Position numbers and translations under genes: made by a program. A stretch of DNA of 64,000 nucleotides from Bacteroidota bacterium (GTDB taxonomy: Bacteria > Bacteroidota > Bacteroidia > CAILMK01 > JACPUW01): NCBI GenBank assembly GCA_016192035.1, contig JACPUW010000037.1, positions 18,740 through 82,739 on the forward strand, in the 5' to 3' direction. Of the stretch, positions 19,700 through 29,149 are shown piece after piece. Each line of letters starts with the position of its first letter. Positions within the stretch are counted from its first letter, which is position 1. The notes below the pieces were generated by a model that saw nothing but the letters and a program-made list of their open reading frames with translations, did not search any database and had not been told where the DNA came from.

Positions 19700-19730
19700 C
19701 TGCCCCAAAGACTTACTGTTTTCATTGCAA

Positions 19731-19765
19731 AAAGCCCTGCCCATGTTGGCAGGGCTTTTCTTTTT
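19731..19765 (+). terminator. Rho-independent terminator of the giant adhesin gene
   Basis: AAAGCCCTGCC-catgtt-GGCAGGGCTTT is an 11-bp perfect stem, followed by TCTTTTT. It starts 32 nt after the stop codon. Confidence 0.85.
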
Positions 19766-19930
19766 ACGAGAGTTTGGGATGGGCCAACAGGAAATATACA
19801 TGACTAATTAAATATAAATCAATTAGTAAGAGAAAATATCCGGAATATTCAAGTTTGGCCTGATACTTGAGTTAAGCCCCAATGTTGATTGAAATTTAGC
19901 CCAATAATCGAAGCCTAGTTAGCCTGAAGA

Positions 19931-19964
19931 GCCCTTGGTCCCCAAACCAGGGGCTTTTCTTTTA
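19931..19964 (+). terminator. Second, orphan terminator-like hairpin
   Basis: GCCCTTGGT-ccccaa-ACCAGGGGC is a 9-bp stem with one G-U pair, followed by TTTTCTTTT on the + strand. No annotated + strand gene lies upstream of it. The stop of the - strand gene is at 19968-19970. Confidence 0.55.
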
Positions 19965-19967
19965 TTA

Positions 19968-21044
19968 TCAGTTGTAGCTCAAGTGATAGACCGTGGTCTT
20001 GGTCTTGCCCTCAAAGCTCACTATGCCTATGTCCATCAAATCGGCAAAATCCCGCTGTATGGTCTTGCGGTCGCAGCGGTGCTTCATCACCATCTCCTTA
20101 GTAGTAATACCCTGGTCAAGCGCTAGTTGAAACAAAATGGAGCGTTGCCGATCATTTAGCTTCCCTATGTTTTTAAAGAACTTGCCAAAACCCATTTCAA
20201 ACATGTAATTAAAACTGTTCTTTTGCTTGGACAGCAATTGCTTATAGCCTATGGCTTCCTTAACCGCTTCTATTACTTGTATTTCTATCTCGCTAAATCC
20301 CTCCAGCAACATCCTCAGGGTTTTTTCAAAAAAAACCGTAAGGTCGGCCTGTAGCCGTTCTTCTAAGCTTAGGGGAAACAAGGAACTAAGCTGTAAGGAT
20401 TGATAAGACTTATTGGAACCAAACACGTGTTTCTCAAATACCAATAGCCCATTGTACCCATACCCCAACCGGTGCATGATTTGGTTAAAATACACGGATG
20501 CCAAAAGCTGATTGAAACGAACAAATGGCTGGATCACATCAAACAAGTAGAACAGCGACAGCGATGTAAAAATGGGATGATCGGCAGATTCCGGTCGGTT
20601 TAACCTTTCTAATAGAAAATGCACGGGGTCAATGATTGAGGGCTGGGACTGTGGCAAGCGCGACTCCTGTAGCACCCCTGCATACTTTTCATAGGTTGTT
20701 CCCCTTAACAGTATTTCATGGCTTTTTATTAGCCTGTCCAATTCTATTTGACCTAGGCGCTGCAACACATACTTTTCGCATTTCTGTAAGTTGTGTACCA
20801 ATCTCTCTGCATCTGTCCCCACTTCGGTTTTCGAACTGGGCCTTAGGTAAATGGATGATGTATCTATCTGCTGTCCTTCTTGTTGTAGCACAGCATGGTA
20901 TCGGTCGGCTTGCGCCCTTGCCGACATAGGTTGCAAGCCTTGCGACACGGGCGCTACAAAGTCTATGAGCGACTTTAGGTATTCCGCCTTTTGCAAGGCA
21001 GTGCGCATGAATTTATTGGGTTCGTAATTGGGGAAATGGGTCAC
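19968..21044 (-). CDS. Fic/DOC-like protein with degenerate active-site motif and C-terminal winged-helix HTH
   Basis: 358 aa. HPIFTSLSLFYLFDVIQPFVRFNQLLASVYFNQIMHRLGY aligns by eye to the Fic core (hP...a..h..f..IHPFxDGNGRxxR...L...GY), but HPFxDGNGR is replaced by QPFVRFNQL. The C-terminus (LNDRQRSILFQLALDQGITTKEMVMKHRCDRKTIQRDFADLMDIGIV) looks like a DeoR/wHTH. Confidence 0.55.
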   Translation of the reverse strand: MTHFPNYEPNKFMRTALQKAEYLKSLIDFVAPVSQGLQPMSARAQADRYHAVLQQEGQQIDTSSIYLRPSSKTEVGTDAERLVHNLQKCEKYVLQRLGQIELDRLIKSHEILLRGTTYEKYAGVLQESRLPQSQPSIIDPVHFLLERLNRPESADHPIFTSLSLFYLFDVIQPFVRFNQLLASVYFNQIMHRLGYGYNGLLVFEKHVFGSNKSYQSLQLSSLFPLSLEERLQADLTVFFEKTLRMLLEGFSEIEIQVIEAVKEAIGYKQLLSKQKNSFNYMFEMGFGKFFKNIGKLNDRQRSILFQLALDQGITTKEMVMKHRCDRKTIQRDFADLMDIGIVSFEGKTKTTVYHLSYN

Positions 21045-21139
21045 CTAGGGGTCGAAAGTAACAAGCTGTTACTGTCACCGCCCTTGGCGTTATCCCTACC
21101 CCTGTGGCTAATCCACTTGTAGATTGGGTATATCTTGAT

Positions 21140-22429
21140 TTACAGGCTAAAGGCGGCCTTCACCCTATCCACGTAGTCTAGCTTTTCCCACGTAAACAAT
21201 TCCACATCCACGGTGGTATGCAGCCCCGCGTTGTTAAACGCTTTGGTTACCGTTTTGGGCTCCCTGCCCATATGGCCATAGGCCGCTGTTTCGCTATACA
21301 TGGGGCTTCGCAATTTCAGCCTTTGCTCTATGGCATAAGGCCTCATATCAAAAATATCGAGTATTTTCTTGGCCACTTCGCCATCGGGCAGTACGGCCCC
21401 CTGGCCATTGCGTACCCGGCAAGTGCCGTAGGTGTCAACAAACAAACCACAGGGTTTGGCCACGCCAATGGCGTAGGATACCTGTACCAGTGCTTCGTCG
21501 CAAACCCCGGCAGCCACCAGGTTTTTGGCTATGTGGCGGGTAGCGTAGGCAGCAGAGCGGTCCACCTTGCTGGGATCCTTGCCTGAAAAGGCACCGCCCC
21601 CATGTGCGCCCTTCCCACCGTAGGTATCAACAATTATTTTTCTGCCCGTCAAGCCCGTATCACCATGTGGGCCGCCTATCACAAATTTCCCGGTAGGATT
21701 TATGTGGTAGGTTATATCGTGCGTAAACAGTGCCTGTATGCTGGGCTTTAGCTTGTTCACCACCCTTGGAATGGCATATTCCACTATGTCTTTCTTAATG
21801 GTAGCCAACATGTCTTGGTCATTGCCAAAATCATCGTGCTGCGTGGATACCACTATGGTGTCTATGCGCAAGGGGCGGTTGTGGTCATCATATTCTATGG
21901 TTACCTGGCTCTTGGCATCGGGCCGCAAATAGGTCATTCGGGTATTTTCTCGGCGTATGTCAGCCAGTTCCTTTAGAATCTTGTGAGATAGGTCGAGTGC
22001 CAAGGGCATAAAGTTTTCGGTTTCCCTGGTGGCATAGCCAAACATCATTCCCTGATCGCCGGCACCCTGCGCGTTGGCGCGTGCTTCAAAACCTTCACCC
22101 GCGCTTCGGTCAACCCCTTGGTTTATGTCTTGGCTCTGTTCATGTATGGCCGAAAGAATACCGCATGAATCGGCCTCAAACATGTATTCACTTTTGGTGT
22201 AGCCTATTTTGCGCACCACCTCACGGGCTATGGTTTGCACATCCAGGTATATCTTAGACTTTACCTCGCCGGCCAGGATCACTTGGCCCGTGGTAACCAA
22301 GGTTTCACAGGCTACCTTGGCATTGGGATCAAAGGCCAAGAAGTGGTCAATCAGGGCGTCGGATATTTGGTCTGCTACCTTGTCGGGATGGCCTTCAGAT
22401 ACTGATTCTGAAGTAAATAAATATGGCAT
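21140..22429 (-). CDS. metK: S-adenosylmethionine synthetase
   Basis: [28 protein letters not shown]..., [12 protein letters not shown] and [19 protein letters not shown] are hallmark MetK motifs. Confidence 0.98.
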   Translation of the reverse strand: MPYLFTSESVSEGHPDKVADQISDALIDHFLAFDPNAKVACETLVTTGQVILAGEVKSKIYLDVQTIAREVVRKIGYTKSEYMFEADSCGILSAIHEQSQDINQGVDRSAGEGFEARANAQGAGDQGMMFGYATRETENFMPLALDLSHKILKELADIRRENTRMTYLRPDAKSQVTIEYDDHNRPLRIDTIVVSTQHDDFGNDQDMLATIKKDIVEYAIPRVVNKLKPSIQALFTHDITYHINPTGKFVIGGPHGDTGLTGRKIIVDTYGGKGAHGGGAFSGKDPSKVDRSAAYATRHIAKNLVAAGVCDEALVQVSYAIGVAKPCGLFVDTYGTCRVRNGQGAVLPDGEVAKKILDIFDMRPYAIEQRLKLRSPMYSETAAYGHMGREPKTVTKAFNNAGLHTTVDVELFTWEKLDYVDRVKAAFSL

Positions 22430-22483
22430 TAATGGAGTGTTTTCTTTTTGTATCTATTCTGCGTTGCAACATTACGAAGCGCA

Positions 22484-24538
22484 TTAATAATCCAACAATT
22501 GGCGCAAGGCCACAGCTACTTTTGAGGCTGAGGGAAGCATGGCGGCTTCAAGTCCGGCATTCATGGGCACGGCGGGAAGGTCTATGGCGCCAATGGTACG
22601 TACCGGCGCGTCCAGATGAGCAAAACAATGCTCCGCAATCCGGCCGCTAAGTGCCTGTGCAAACGAGTTGTACAAGGTTTCTTCTGTAAGGACCATACAC
22701 TTGCCATGCACTTTCACCCTTTCATATACCATCTCATCATCCACCGGGTTGATTGACCTTAGGTCAAGTATTTCTACCATTCCGTCCAGCTCTTTGGAGG
22801 CGTGGAGTGCCCAGTGTACTCCCATGCCATAGGTTACTACCAGCACACTATTGCCTTCAGCTATATGTTGCCCATCGGCTGCCTTGAAGATCCGTCCTTT
22901 GCCTATCGGCACCACATAATGCTCGTCAGGTTCAGTGCATTTGGCGGCATTGGTGCCAGGCACCTTGCTCCAGTACAGGCCTTTATGCTCTAGTATCACT
23001 ACTGGGTTGGGGTCATAATAGGCAGCCTTCAATAAACCTTTCATGTCGGCAGCATTGCTGGGGTACACCACTTTAATGCCCTTGATACAGGTTAAGGTGC
23101 TTTCATGGGAACCGCTGTGGTATGGCCCGCCACCGCCATAGGCGCCTATGGGCACCCTTAAAATGGCGTGTACCGGATATTTCCCCTGGCTTAGGTAGCA
23201 ACTCTTGCTTAATTCGGTGATCAACTGATTTATGCCCGTGAAAATATAATCGCAAAACTGAACTTCAACAATGGGTTTCAAGCCCACAGCCGACATACCC
23301 GCCGTGGATCCAAAGATGTAGGCCTCCTGAATGGGGGTATTAAAAACCCTGTCATCACCAAATTTCTCAGCCAGGGTGGCGGCTTCGCGAAACACCCCTC
23401 CCAGTCGCCTTCCCACGTCTTGTCCGTAGAGCAATACGTTCACATCCTTTTCCATCAGTTCCTGGCAGGCATAGAGCGCGGCGTCAACCATGATTATCTC
23501 GCGTCCGCCCTGTGGGCTTCTTTCACCGCCCTCCTCTGCAATGGGGCTGGGCGCAAACACGTGTTCCCTAAGTGTATCAGGATTGGGTTCAGGAGCCTGT
23601 ACCGCTTTTTCAAAGGCTTCCAACACATAGTTTTCGGCATCTTTTGCCAAATGTTGCAGCTCTTCAAGCCCAAAACCATTTGAACGCAAATAGGCCTCAA
23701 ATCGTGGATAAGGATCGTCCAAACCATGCTTGGCCAAGTCTTCGGTAGTTCGGTAAAACTCTTTCCTAACCCCAGAAGTGTGGTGGCCAAGAAGGGGCAC
23801 TTTGGCGTGGAGCAGTACCGGTTTTCGCTCATGGCGCACATAGTGGAGGCACTCCTCCACCGCTTGAAATGAAGCGCTAAAATCTGCACCATCCGTTCGC
23901 ATTCGGCGCATCCCCTTAAATCCGGCAGCAAACTCATAGGCATCCATGGCCCGCATTTCTTCTTTGCTTACTGAAATGCCCCAATCGTTATCCTGTACCA
24001 GGTACATAATGGGCAATTGGTGCAATACCGCCATTTGAAAAGCTTCTGATACTTCTCCCTCGGTCACCGAACCATCACCCAACGAACACACTACCACCGG
24101 AGGTTCAGGACTGTTTTCTAGCCCCCTTCCTTCTTTGTATTTAATGCCTTGGGCCACGCCAGTGGTGGGTATGGCCTGCATCCCCGTGGCGCTCGATTGG
24201 TGGATAATGCGCGGAAATCGGTCACGTGACAGACTAGGATGCGAATAATAGGTCCTGCCTCCGGAAAATGGATCATCACCCTTGGCCAAGAGCTGCAGCA
24301 TGAGCTCATATGGGTCTATACCCATGCCCAAGAGTATGCTTTCATCTCGGTAGTAGGGTGATACCCAGTCGCTGGGCCTTAATTGCACGCCCAGGGCCAA
24401 CTGTATGGCTTCGTGGCCCATGGAGGTAGAATGTACATATTTGGTCACCGTTCGGTGGTGGTCATAGGTACGGGCCATGGCCCTGGCCCACGACATGAGG
24501 GTATATATCTTAGATAGGAATTTCTTATCGCTGAGCAT
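22484..24538 (-). CDS. 2-oxoacid (branched-chain alpha-keto acid) dehydrogenase E1 component, fused alpha/beta subunits
   Basis: 684 aa. The N-terminal half carries the TPP-binding E1-alpha pattern (VCSLGDGSVTEGEVSEAFQMA...DNDWGIS). The C-terminal half is transketolase-like E1-beta (VFNTPIQEAYIFGSTAGMSAVGLKPIVEVQFCDYI). Confidence 0.9.
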   Translation of the reverse strand: MLSDKKFLSKIYTLMSWARAMARTYDHHRTVTKYVHSTSMGHEAIQLALGVQLRPSDWVSPYYRDESILLGMGIDPYELMLQLLAKGDDPFSGGRTYYSHPSLSRDRFPRIIHQSSATGMQAIPTTGVAQGIKYKEGRGLENSPEPPVVVCSLGDGSVTEGEVSEAFQMAVLHQLPIMYLVQDNDWGISVSKEEMRAMDAYEFAAGFKGMRRMRTDGADFSASFQAVEECLHYVRHERKPVLLHAKVPLLGHHTSGVRKEFYRTTEDLAKHGLDDPYPRFEAYLRSNGFGLEELQHLAKDAENYVLEAFEKAVQAPEPNPDTLREHVFAPSPIAEEGGERSPQGGREIIMVDAALYACQELMEKDVNVLLYGQDVGRRLGGVFREAATLAEKFGDDRVFNTPIQEAYIFGSTAGMSAVGLKPIVEVQFCDYIFTGINQLITELSKSCYLSQGKYPVHAILRVPIGAYGGGGPYHSGSHESTLTCIKGIKVVYPSNAADMKGLLKAAYYDPNPVVILEHKGLYWSKVPGTNAAKCTEPDEHYVVPIGKGRIFKAADGQHIAEGNSVLVVTYGMGVHWALHASKELDGMVEILDLRSINPVDDEMVYERVKVHGKCMVLTEETLYNSFAQALSGRIAEHCFAHLDAPVRTIGAIDLPAVPMNAGLEAAMLPSASKVAVALRQLLDY

Positions 24539-24713
24539 TCCTGTTTTTTGGGGTGGGCAAAATTAGGCCCCTGGGTATTAAGCCCTGGAAAGGGCTGCCC
24601 TACTAAGTAAGCCTTCCATATAGGGCAGTACATGCCTGCTAAACCCCTACACGTAATTTTACCTTGCTGCATTGGTTCTCCGTTTTACTTTCGCCCTCCT
24701 AAATGGCATACAA

Positions 24714-25091
24714 ATGAACATACCTGAATCACTCAAGTACACCAAAGAACACGAATGGGTAAGAATGGATGGCGACATGGCGGTTATCGGCATCACCGAT
24801 TTTGCCCAAGGAGAACTGGGCGATATAGTCTATGTGGAGGTAGAAACCATAGGCGATAGCTTATCGGCCGGCGACACCTTTGGCACCGTAGAGGCGGTGA
24901 AAACCGTATCTGACCTGTACATGCCCCTATCGGGTGATGTGGTAGAATTTAACAAATCACTTGAATCTGAGCCTGAAAAAGTGAACAGCGACCCATACGG
25001 GGATGGCTGGATGGTGAAAATAAAGGTGTCAAACCCATCAGAGCTAAATGGCCTGCTCGATGCAGCGGCATATGCCGATCTGATTTCATAG
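24714..25091 (+). CDS. gcvH: Glycine cleavage system protein H
   Basis: [20 protein letters not shown]...[15 protein letters not shown] contains the lipoyl-lysine motif EAVK. The ORF-track start at 24672 is a non-ATG extension. Confidence 0.95.
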   Translation: MNIPESLKYTKEHEWVRMDGDMAVIGITDFAQGELGDIVYVEVETIGDSLSAGDTFGTVEAVKTVSDLYMPLSGDVVEFNKSLESEPEKVNSDPYGDGWMVKIKVSNPSELNGLLDAAAYADLIS

Positions 25092-25129
25092 GAATACTGG
25101 AGAACCGGCAGGTCATACCGCATTTTCCT

Positions 25130-25519
25130 GTGATATTCAGGTATATATGGTTTCCCGTTTTTTGGACCATGCTATTGGTTATGGCTCATGCCATACCAGG
25201 AAATCAATTGCGGCTCCCATCTTGGGATATGTTGGCATTTGATAAGTTGGGCCATGTTTTCCTCTTTGCCATGTTCTCCTTTAGTTGGATCAATGGTTTT
25301 TACAAACAATCGTACAGTTATAAACTGAAAGTGTACGGCCCTAAGGTACTTGTTGTTGTTTCCTTAATCTTGGGCCTAGTTTTGGAAGCCATGCAACAAG
25401 CTATTTTTGTCGAACGCTACTTTGAATGGCCCGATTGGATAGCCGATGGCATGGGAAGTTTCGCCGGAGTGGTTGTTTTTTATAGCCTTTACGGCAAGGT
25501 TTTAAAGTACACATCTTAA
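25130..25519 (+). CDS. VanZ-like family membrane protein
   Basis: 129 aa with four hydrophobic segments. AFDKLGHVFLFAMFSF and DWIADGMGSFAGVVVF resemble VanZ-like conserved patches. The exact start is uncertain. Confidence 0.6.
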   Translation: MIFRYIWFPVFWTMLLVMAHAIPGNQLRLPSWDMLAFDKLGHVFLFAMFSFSWINGFYKQSYSYKLKVYGPKVLVVVSLILGLVLEAMQQAIFVERYFEWPDWIADGMGSFAGVVVFYSLYGKVLKYTS

Positions 25520-25531
25520 ATTCTAAAGCAC

Positions 25532-26209
25532 ATGGAACCAAAAAAATCACCGTCTGCTGACGTCGAGCGATGGTCGGGTGTTTACCGCGACCTAGGCTTG
25601 GTCATTGCCTTGGCCCTGGTGCTTTCGGCTTTCACCTACCGAAAGACCACGGTCATTGAGAACACGCTCACGAGCAACATCGTCTTTGACGAAGAAGAAG
25701 ACTTGGCCGACATTACCAAGGAAGAACAAAAGCCACCACCGCCACCGCCACCACCGGAAATACAAGTGGTGGAAGATGAGGAAATCATTGAAGAAAAGCA
25801 ACCCGAATTTGAAGAGGTGGATATTGACGTGGATTTTGAGCAAGACCTGGAGGAGCCCGTAATTGAAGATGAAGCCGATGAACCGGTATTTGCCGTGGTT
25901 GAAGAAATGCCTGAGTTTCCAGGCGGTCAAGCCGCGCTTATTCAGTTCCTGAGCAAGTACGTGGTATATCCTGAAATGGAGAAGCAAAACGACATAGAAG
26001 GGGTATCATATGTGCAGTTTGTGGTGGATAAGGATGGAAACATTACCAATGTGAAGATCCTGCCGGGCACAGAGAGCAAAGGCACCCAGAACATGCACAA
26101 CGAAGCCATGAGGGTAATTACCTCCATGCCAAAATGGAAACCTGGCAAACAAAGGGGCAAAGCGGTAAAAGTTAGTTACCAAATACCTGTGCGTTTTAAG
26201 CTTAGGTAA
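25532..26209 (+). CDS. TonB-family energy transducer
   Basis: It has an N-terminal TM anchor, an acidic and Pro-rich linker (KPPPPPPPPE), and a C-terminal TonB_C pattern (EEMPEFPGGQAALIQFLSKYVVYPEME...GVSYVQFVVDKDGNITNVKIL...VSYQIPVRFKL). Confidence 0.9.
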   Translation: MEPKKSPSADVERWSGVYRDLGLVIALALVLSAFTYRKTTVIENTLTSNIVFDEEEDLADITKEEQKPPPPPPPPEIQVVEDEEIIEEKQPEFEEVDIDVDFEQDLEEPVIEDEADEPVFAVVEEMPEFPGGQAALIQFLSKYVVYPEMEKQNDIEGVSYVQFVVDKDGNITNVKILPGTESKGTQNMHNEAMRVITSMPKWKPGKQRGKAVKVSYQIPVRFKLR

Positions 26210-26234
26210 AACCCATTGCGCACATAAAATCATC

Positions 26235-26267
26235 AAACCCCGCCTCACCTAGCGGGGTTTGTTGTTT
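26235..26267 (+). terminator. Rho-independent terminator after the tonB-like gene
   Basis: AAACCCCGC-ctcaccta-GCGGGGTTT is a 9-bp stem followed by GTTGTTT. Confidence 0.65.
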
Positions 26268-26280
26268 AATTTCACTTGAC

Positions 26281-28284
26281 ATGAACCGACTGCAATTTGA
26301 AAAAAGCCCATACCTGCGCCAGCACATGCACAACCCAGTAGATTGGCACCCCTGGGGCCCAGGTACGCTGCAATTGGCCCGTGAACAGGGCAAGCCCCTG
26401 CTCATAAGCATTGGCTATGCCACCTGCCATTGGTGCCATGTCATGGAAAAAGAGTGTTTTGAAGACACCGAAGTGGCCCAGCTCATGAATGCCCATTTTG
26501 TTAACGTGAAAGTGGACAGGGAGGAAAGACCTGAGGTGGATGACTACTATATGGACGCGGTACACCTCATGGGCCAGGGTGGAGGGTGGCCCCTTAACTG
26601 CGTGGCCATGCCTGATGGAAGGCCCATCTGGGGCGGCACTTACCTGCCCAAAGCCAGGTGGATGGACGTGTTGTCACAACTGGTGGACTTGTTTCTACTC
26701 AAACCCGAAAATGCCGAACAGTACGCCAGTGAGATGCATCAAACCATTGCCAGGATTAACCAGGGTGTGAGCACAGGGAGCCATTCGCAAGTGCCTAATC
26801 CAGCATCGGAAACCATTTGGGTTAAGCAGTTGATGCAAAGTGCCGACCGCCAATCAGGTGGCTTTGGGCACGCGCCTAAGTTTCCCATGCCCCATCTGTA
26901 CCAATTCCTTATCAGGTATTTGTTGCATGAGGCACAGGATACAGTGCAAGAACACCTGGCCCTAAGCCTTGACCAAATGGCTGCCGGCGGACTGCATGAT
27001 GTGGTAGGCGGCGGTTTTTCGCGCTATTCTACCGATGGGGACTGGTGGGTGCCCCACTTTGAAAAAATGCTCTATGACAATGCCCAACTTTTATCTCTCT
27101 ACAGCGAAGGGTACGCACTAGGCCGAAATCCTTGGTACCGGCTTGTGGCCGAGCGAATTGTCGGCTTTTTGGAGCGCGAGTTATTAGGCGCAGACGGCGC
27201 TTTTCACAGCGCACTTGATGCCGACAGTGAAGGCGAAGAAGGAAGGTACTACGTGTGGACATACCAAGATGTGGTAGGGAAAGTGGGTCACCTAGGTGCC
27301 AATTGGGCACAAATACTGCAACTGAGCAAGCAGGGCAACTGGGAACAGGGGAAAAATATTCCCCGTGTGGACAGGACGGCGCTCCGGGATAATGCGCGAA
27401 ATGAAAATGACCTCCTGCAAGTTTTTGAGGTGCTGCTAAAGGCCCGTAACCAGCGCACCAGGCCTTTGCTTGACGACAAAGTGATAACATCATGGAATGC
27501 GCTGGCCGTGATTGGATTGATAGATGCGGCCAATTATCTGAATGAACCCAGGTATGCGCTATTGGCGGCCAATACCCTGGCCCATATTGCAGCGCGCCTA
27601 CACCATGCGCCAATTGGACTTCTTAGGCTTAACCACCAAAATGACAGTGCCTGGATTCCCGCTTATCTGGAAGACTATGCCTACTACATTGCGGCACTGA
27701 TAAAAGCATTCGAACACCATCAAAACAGGGATTACCTATTATTGGCCAGGGAATTACTGGATACTGCGCTGCAAGTATTTCCCATGGAGGGCGGCCCCTT
27801 GCTATTGGCATCACAGGCGGGTACCGACATTCCGGTGAGAAAACTGCATGTACATGACAATGTAATGCCCTCGGCCAATGCGGTCATGGCTGAAAACCTA
27901 TTCCTGCTTGGCCATTATTTTTCCCAACCTGCCTATATGTCCCGCAGCCAGGACATGCTCCAGGCCGCCGTGGGTGCCTATCCGGGCGAACTCAGTTTTT
28001 TCTCCTATTGGGCCAGGGTACACCACCTTTGGTCTCACCCTTTCTTTGAACTGGTGCTCACGGGGCCACAAGCACAGGATATGGCCAGGGAAATACGGTC
28101 TTGGCTCCTGCCCAATAAGATCCTGGTGATAGCACAAGACCACGATACACTGGCACTGACTATTGGAAAGGCCCACGCCACCGAAAACCGCATCTATCCC
28201 TGTGAGTTTGGTGTATGCCACCGCGCACTTGGCTCTACACAGGGCCTGCGCGCATTTATTAAGGAACAGGGATTTAGAGGGTAA
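26281..28284 (+). CDS. Thioredoxin-domain protein of the DUF255/YyaL family (N-terminal thioredoxin fold plus six-hairpin glycosidase-like domain)
   Basis: MNRLQFEKSPYLRQHMHNPVDWHPWGP...LLISIGYATCHWCHVMEKECFED is the characteristic DUF255 N-terminus. Total length is 667 aa. Confidence 0.85.
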   Translation: MNRLQFEKSPYLRQHMHNPVDWHPWGPGTLQLAREQGKPLLISIGYATCHWCHVMEKECFEDTEVAQLMNAHFVNVKVDREERPEVDDYYMDAVHLMGQGGGWPLNCVAMPDGRPIWGGTYLPKARWMDVLSQLVDLFLLKPENAEQYASEMHQTIARINQGVSTGSHSQVPNPASETIWVKQLMQSADRQSGGFGHAPKFPMPHLYQFLIRYLLHEAQDTVQEHLALSLDQMAAGGLHDVVGGGFSRYSTDGDWWVPHFEKMLYDNAQLLSLYSEGYALGRNPWYRLVAERIVGFLERELLGADGAFHSALDADSEGEEGRYYVWTYQDVVGKVGHLGANWAQILQLSKQGNWEQGKNIPRVDRTALRDNARNENDLLQVFEVLLKARNQRTRPLLDDKVITSWNALAVIGLIDAANYLNEPRYALLAANTLAHIAARLHHAPIGLLRLNHQNDSAWIPAYLEDYAYYIAALIKAFEHHQNRDYLLLARELLDTALQVFPMEGGPLLLASQAGTDIPVRKLHVHDNVMPSANAVMAENLFLLGHYFSQPAYMSRSQDMLQAAVGAYPGELSFFSYWARVHHLWSHPFFELVLTGPQAQDMAREIRSWLLPNKILVIAQDHDTLALTIGKAHATENRIYPCEFGVCHRALGSTQGLRAFIKEQGFRG

Positions 28285-29062
28285 TTGCCAAATACATACC
28301 GCCAGGGTACGGCATCAAAGTGACTCCTTTGTGCTTTCCACCTGCGTGCAAACGAGGCACAGCCCAGCCCACCGCGCCCCCCAGCAACATGCCAGCCGCT
28401 ACATCACTCACAAAGTGCTTACCCGCCACAACCCTTAGGGCTGCGGTACCCAAGGCCAGGGAGCAAAGTCCCGCCAATGCCCAAACGGGTTTGAACGATT
28501 GTTTGTTAAGCCGGTGCCATGTTACCGCGGTAAACACCACTAACGAACTGGCTACCGCTGTATGACCGGATACAAACGAGTGGTATGAATCAGGGCTGTG
28601 TGGGCCATAGGGCGAGGGCGAATAGTACAAATAGGGCCTGGGACGGGCCACAGCCCATTTAAGGCCAAACACCACCGCCGAAGTGTAAACCGCCGTTTCA
28701 AAAGCCATTACCGCCAGGGTAAAGCGTTGGCTTCGTTCGCGGCTGACCAATAGCAGGCCCAGGGGGGTGGCCGCAGCCAGAAGTGCCGTGGCATCGCTCA
28801 CAGGATCGGCCCAGGCCCGTGGCGGCGACGCAAAGACCCTATCAAAAGCCCATACTGCCCCAATATTATTGTGTTGATTGTAATCTACTACCAAACCTGC
28901 CTGATGGTTGGCCATGCCATAGGATAAGCCCAGTAGCCCCAGGCCTCCTACCAGTACCAGGGGGTCGGCCCCTTTGTGTAGTTTGTATGCATTTCCTTGG
29001 GCATGTGCCAATTGGGGTGTGCCGAGGGCAATGAGATACAAGCCGGTTAGGATAACTTTCAA
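28274..29062 (-). CDS. PAP2-superfamily phosphatase (membrane)
   Basis: All three PAP2 motifs are visible: KWAVARPRP, SFVSGHT and RVVAGKHFVSDV. The 3' end overlaps the convergent yyaL-like gene by 11 nt. Confidence 0.85.
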   Translation of the reverse strand: MKVILTGLYLIALGTPQLAHAQGNAYKLHKGADPLVLVGGLGLLGLSYGMANHQAGLVVDYNQHNNIGAVWAFDRVFASPPRAWADPVSDATALLAAATPLGLLLVSRERSQRFTLAVMAFETAVYTSAVVFGLKWAVARPRPYLYYSPSPYGPHSPDSYHSFVSGHTAVASSLVVFTAVTWHRLNKQSFKPVWALAGLCSLALGTAALRVVAGKHFVSDVAAGMLLGGAVGWAVPRLHAGGKHKGVTLMPYPGGMYLAITL

Positions 29063-29149
29063 GCTGGTTCCTTAAATTGTTGCGAATTTACCCGCCGCAT
29101 ATTGAGCATTAGCTAAATATTTGTGCTGTTGGCGCAGCTATTATCCTTT

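Noticed and set aside
21056-21073. Hairpin AGTAACA-agc-TGTTACT as the metK terminator
   Set aside because: The 7-bp stem is real, but on the - strand it is followed only by TTCGACC, with no U-tract. The evidence is too weak to call a terminator.
22430-22483. SAM riboswitch upstream of metK
   Set aside because: Only 54 nt separate metK from the upstream gene's stop. That is too short for SAM-I, and I saw no recognisable SAM-I, SAM-II or SAM-V core sequence.
24539-24713. Glycine riboswitch upstream of gcvH
   Set aside because: The conserved GGAGAG...CACCG/ACCGAAGGGGCAA-type elements are absent. Only generic hairpins are present, and these are reported separately at low interest.
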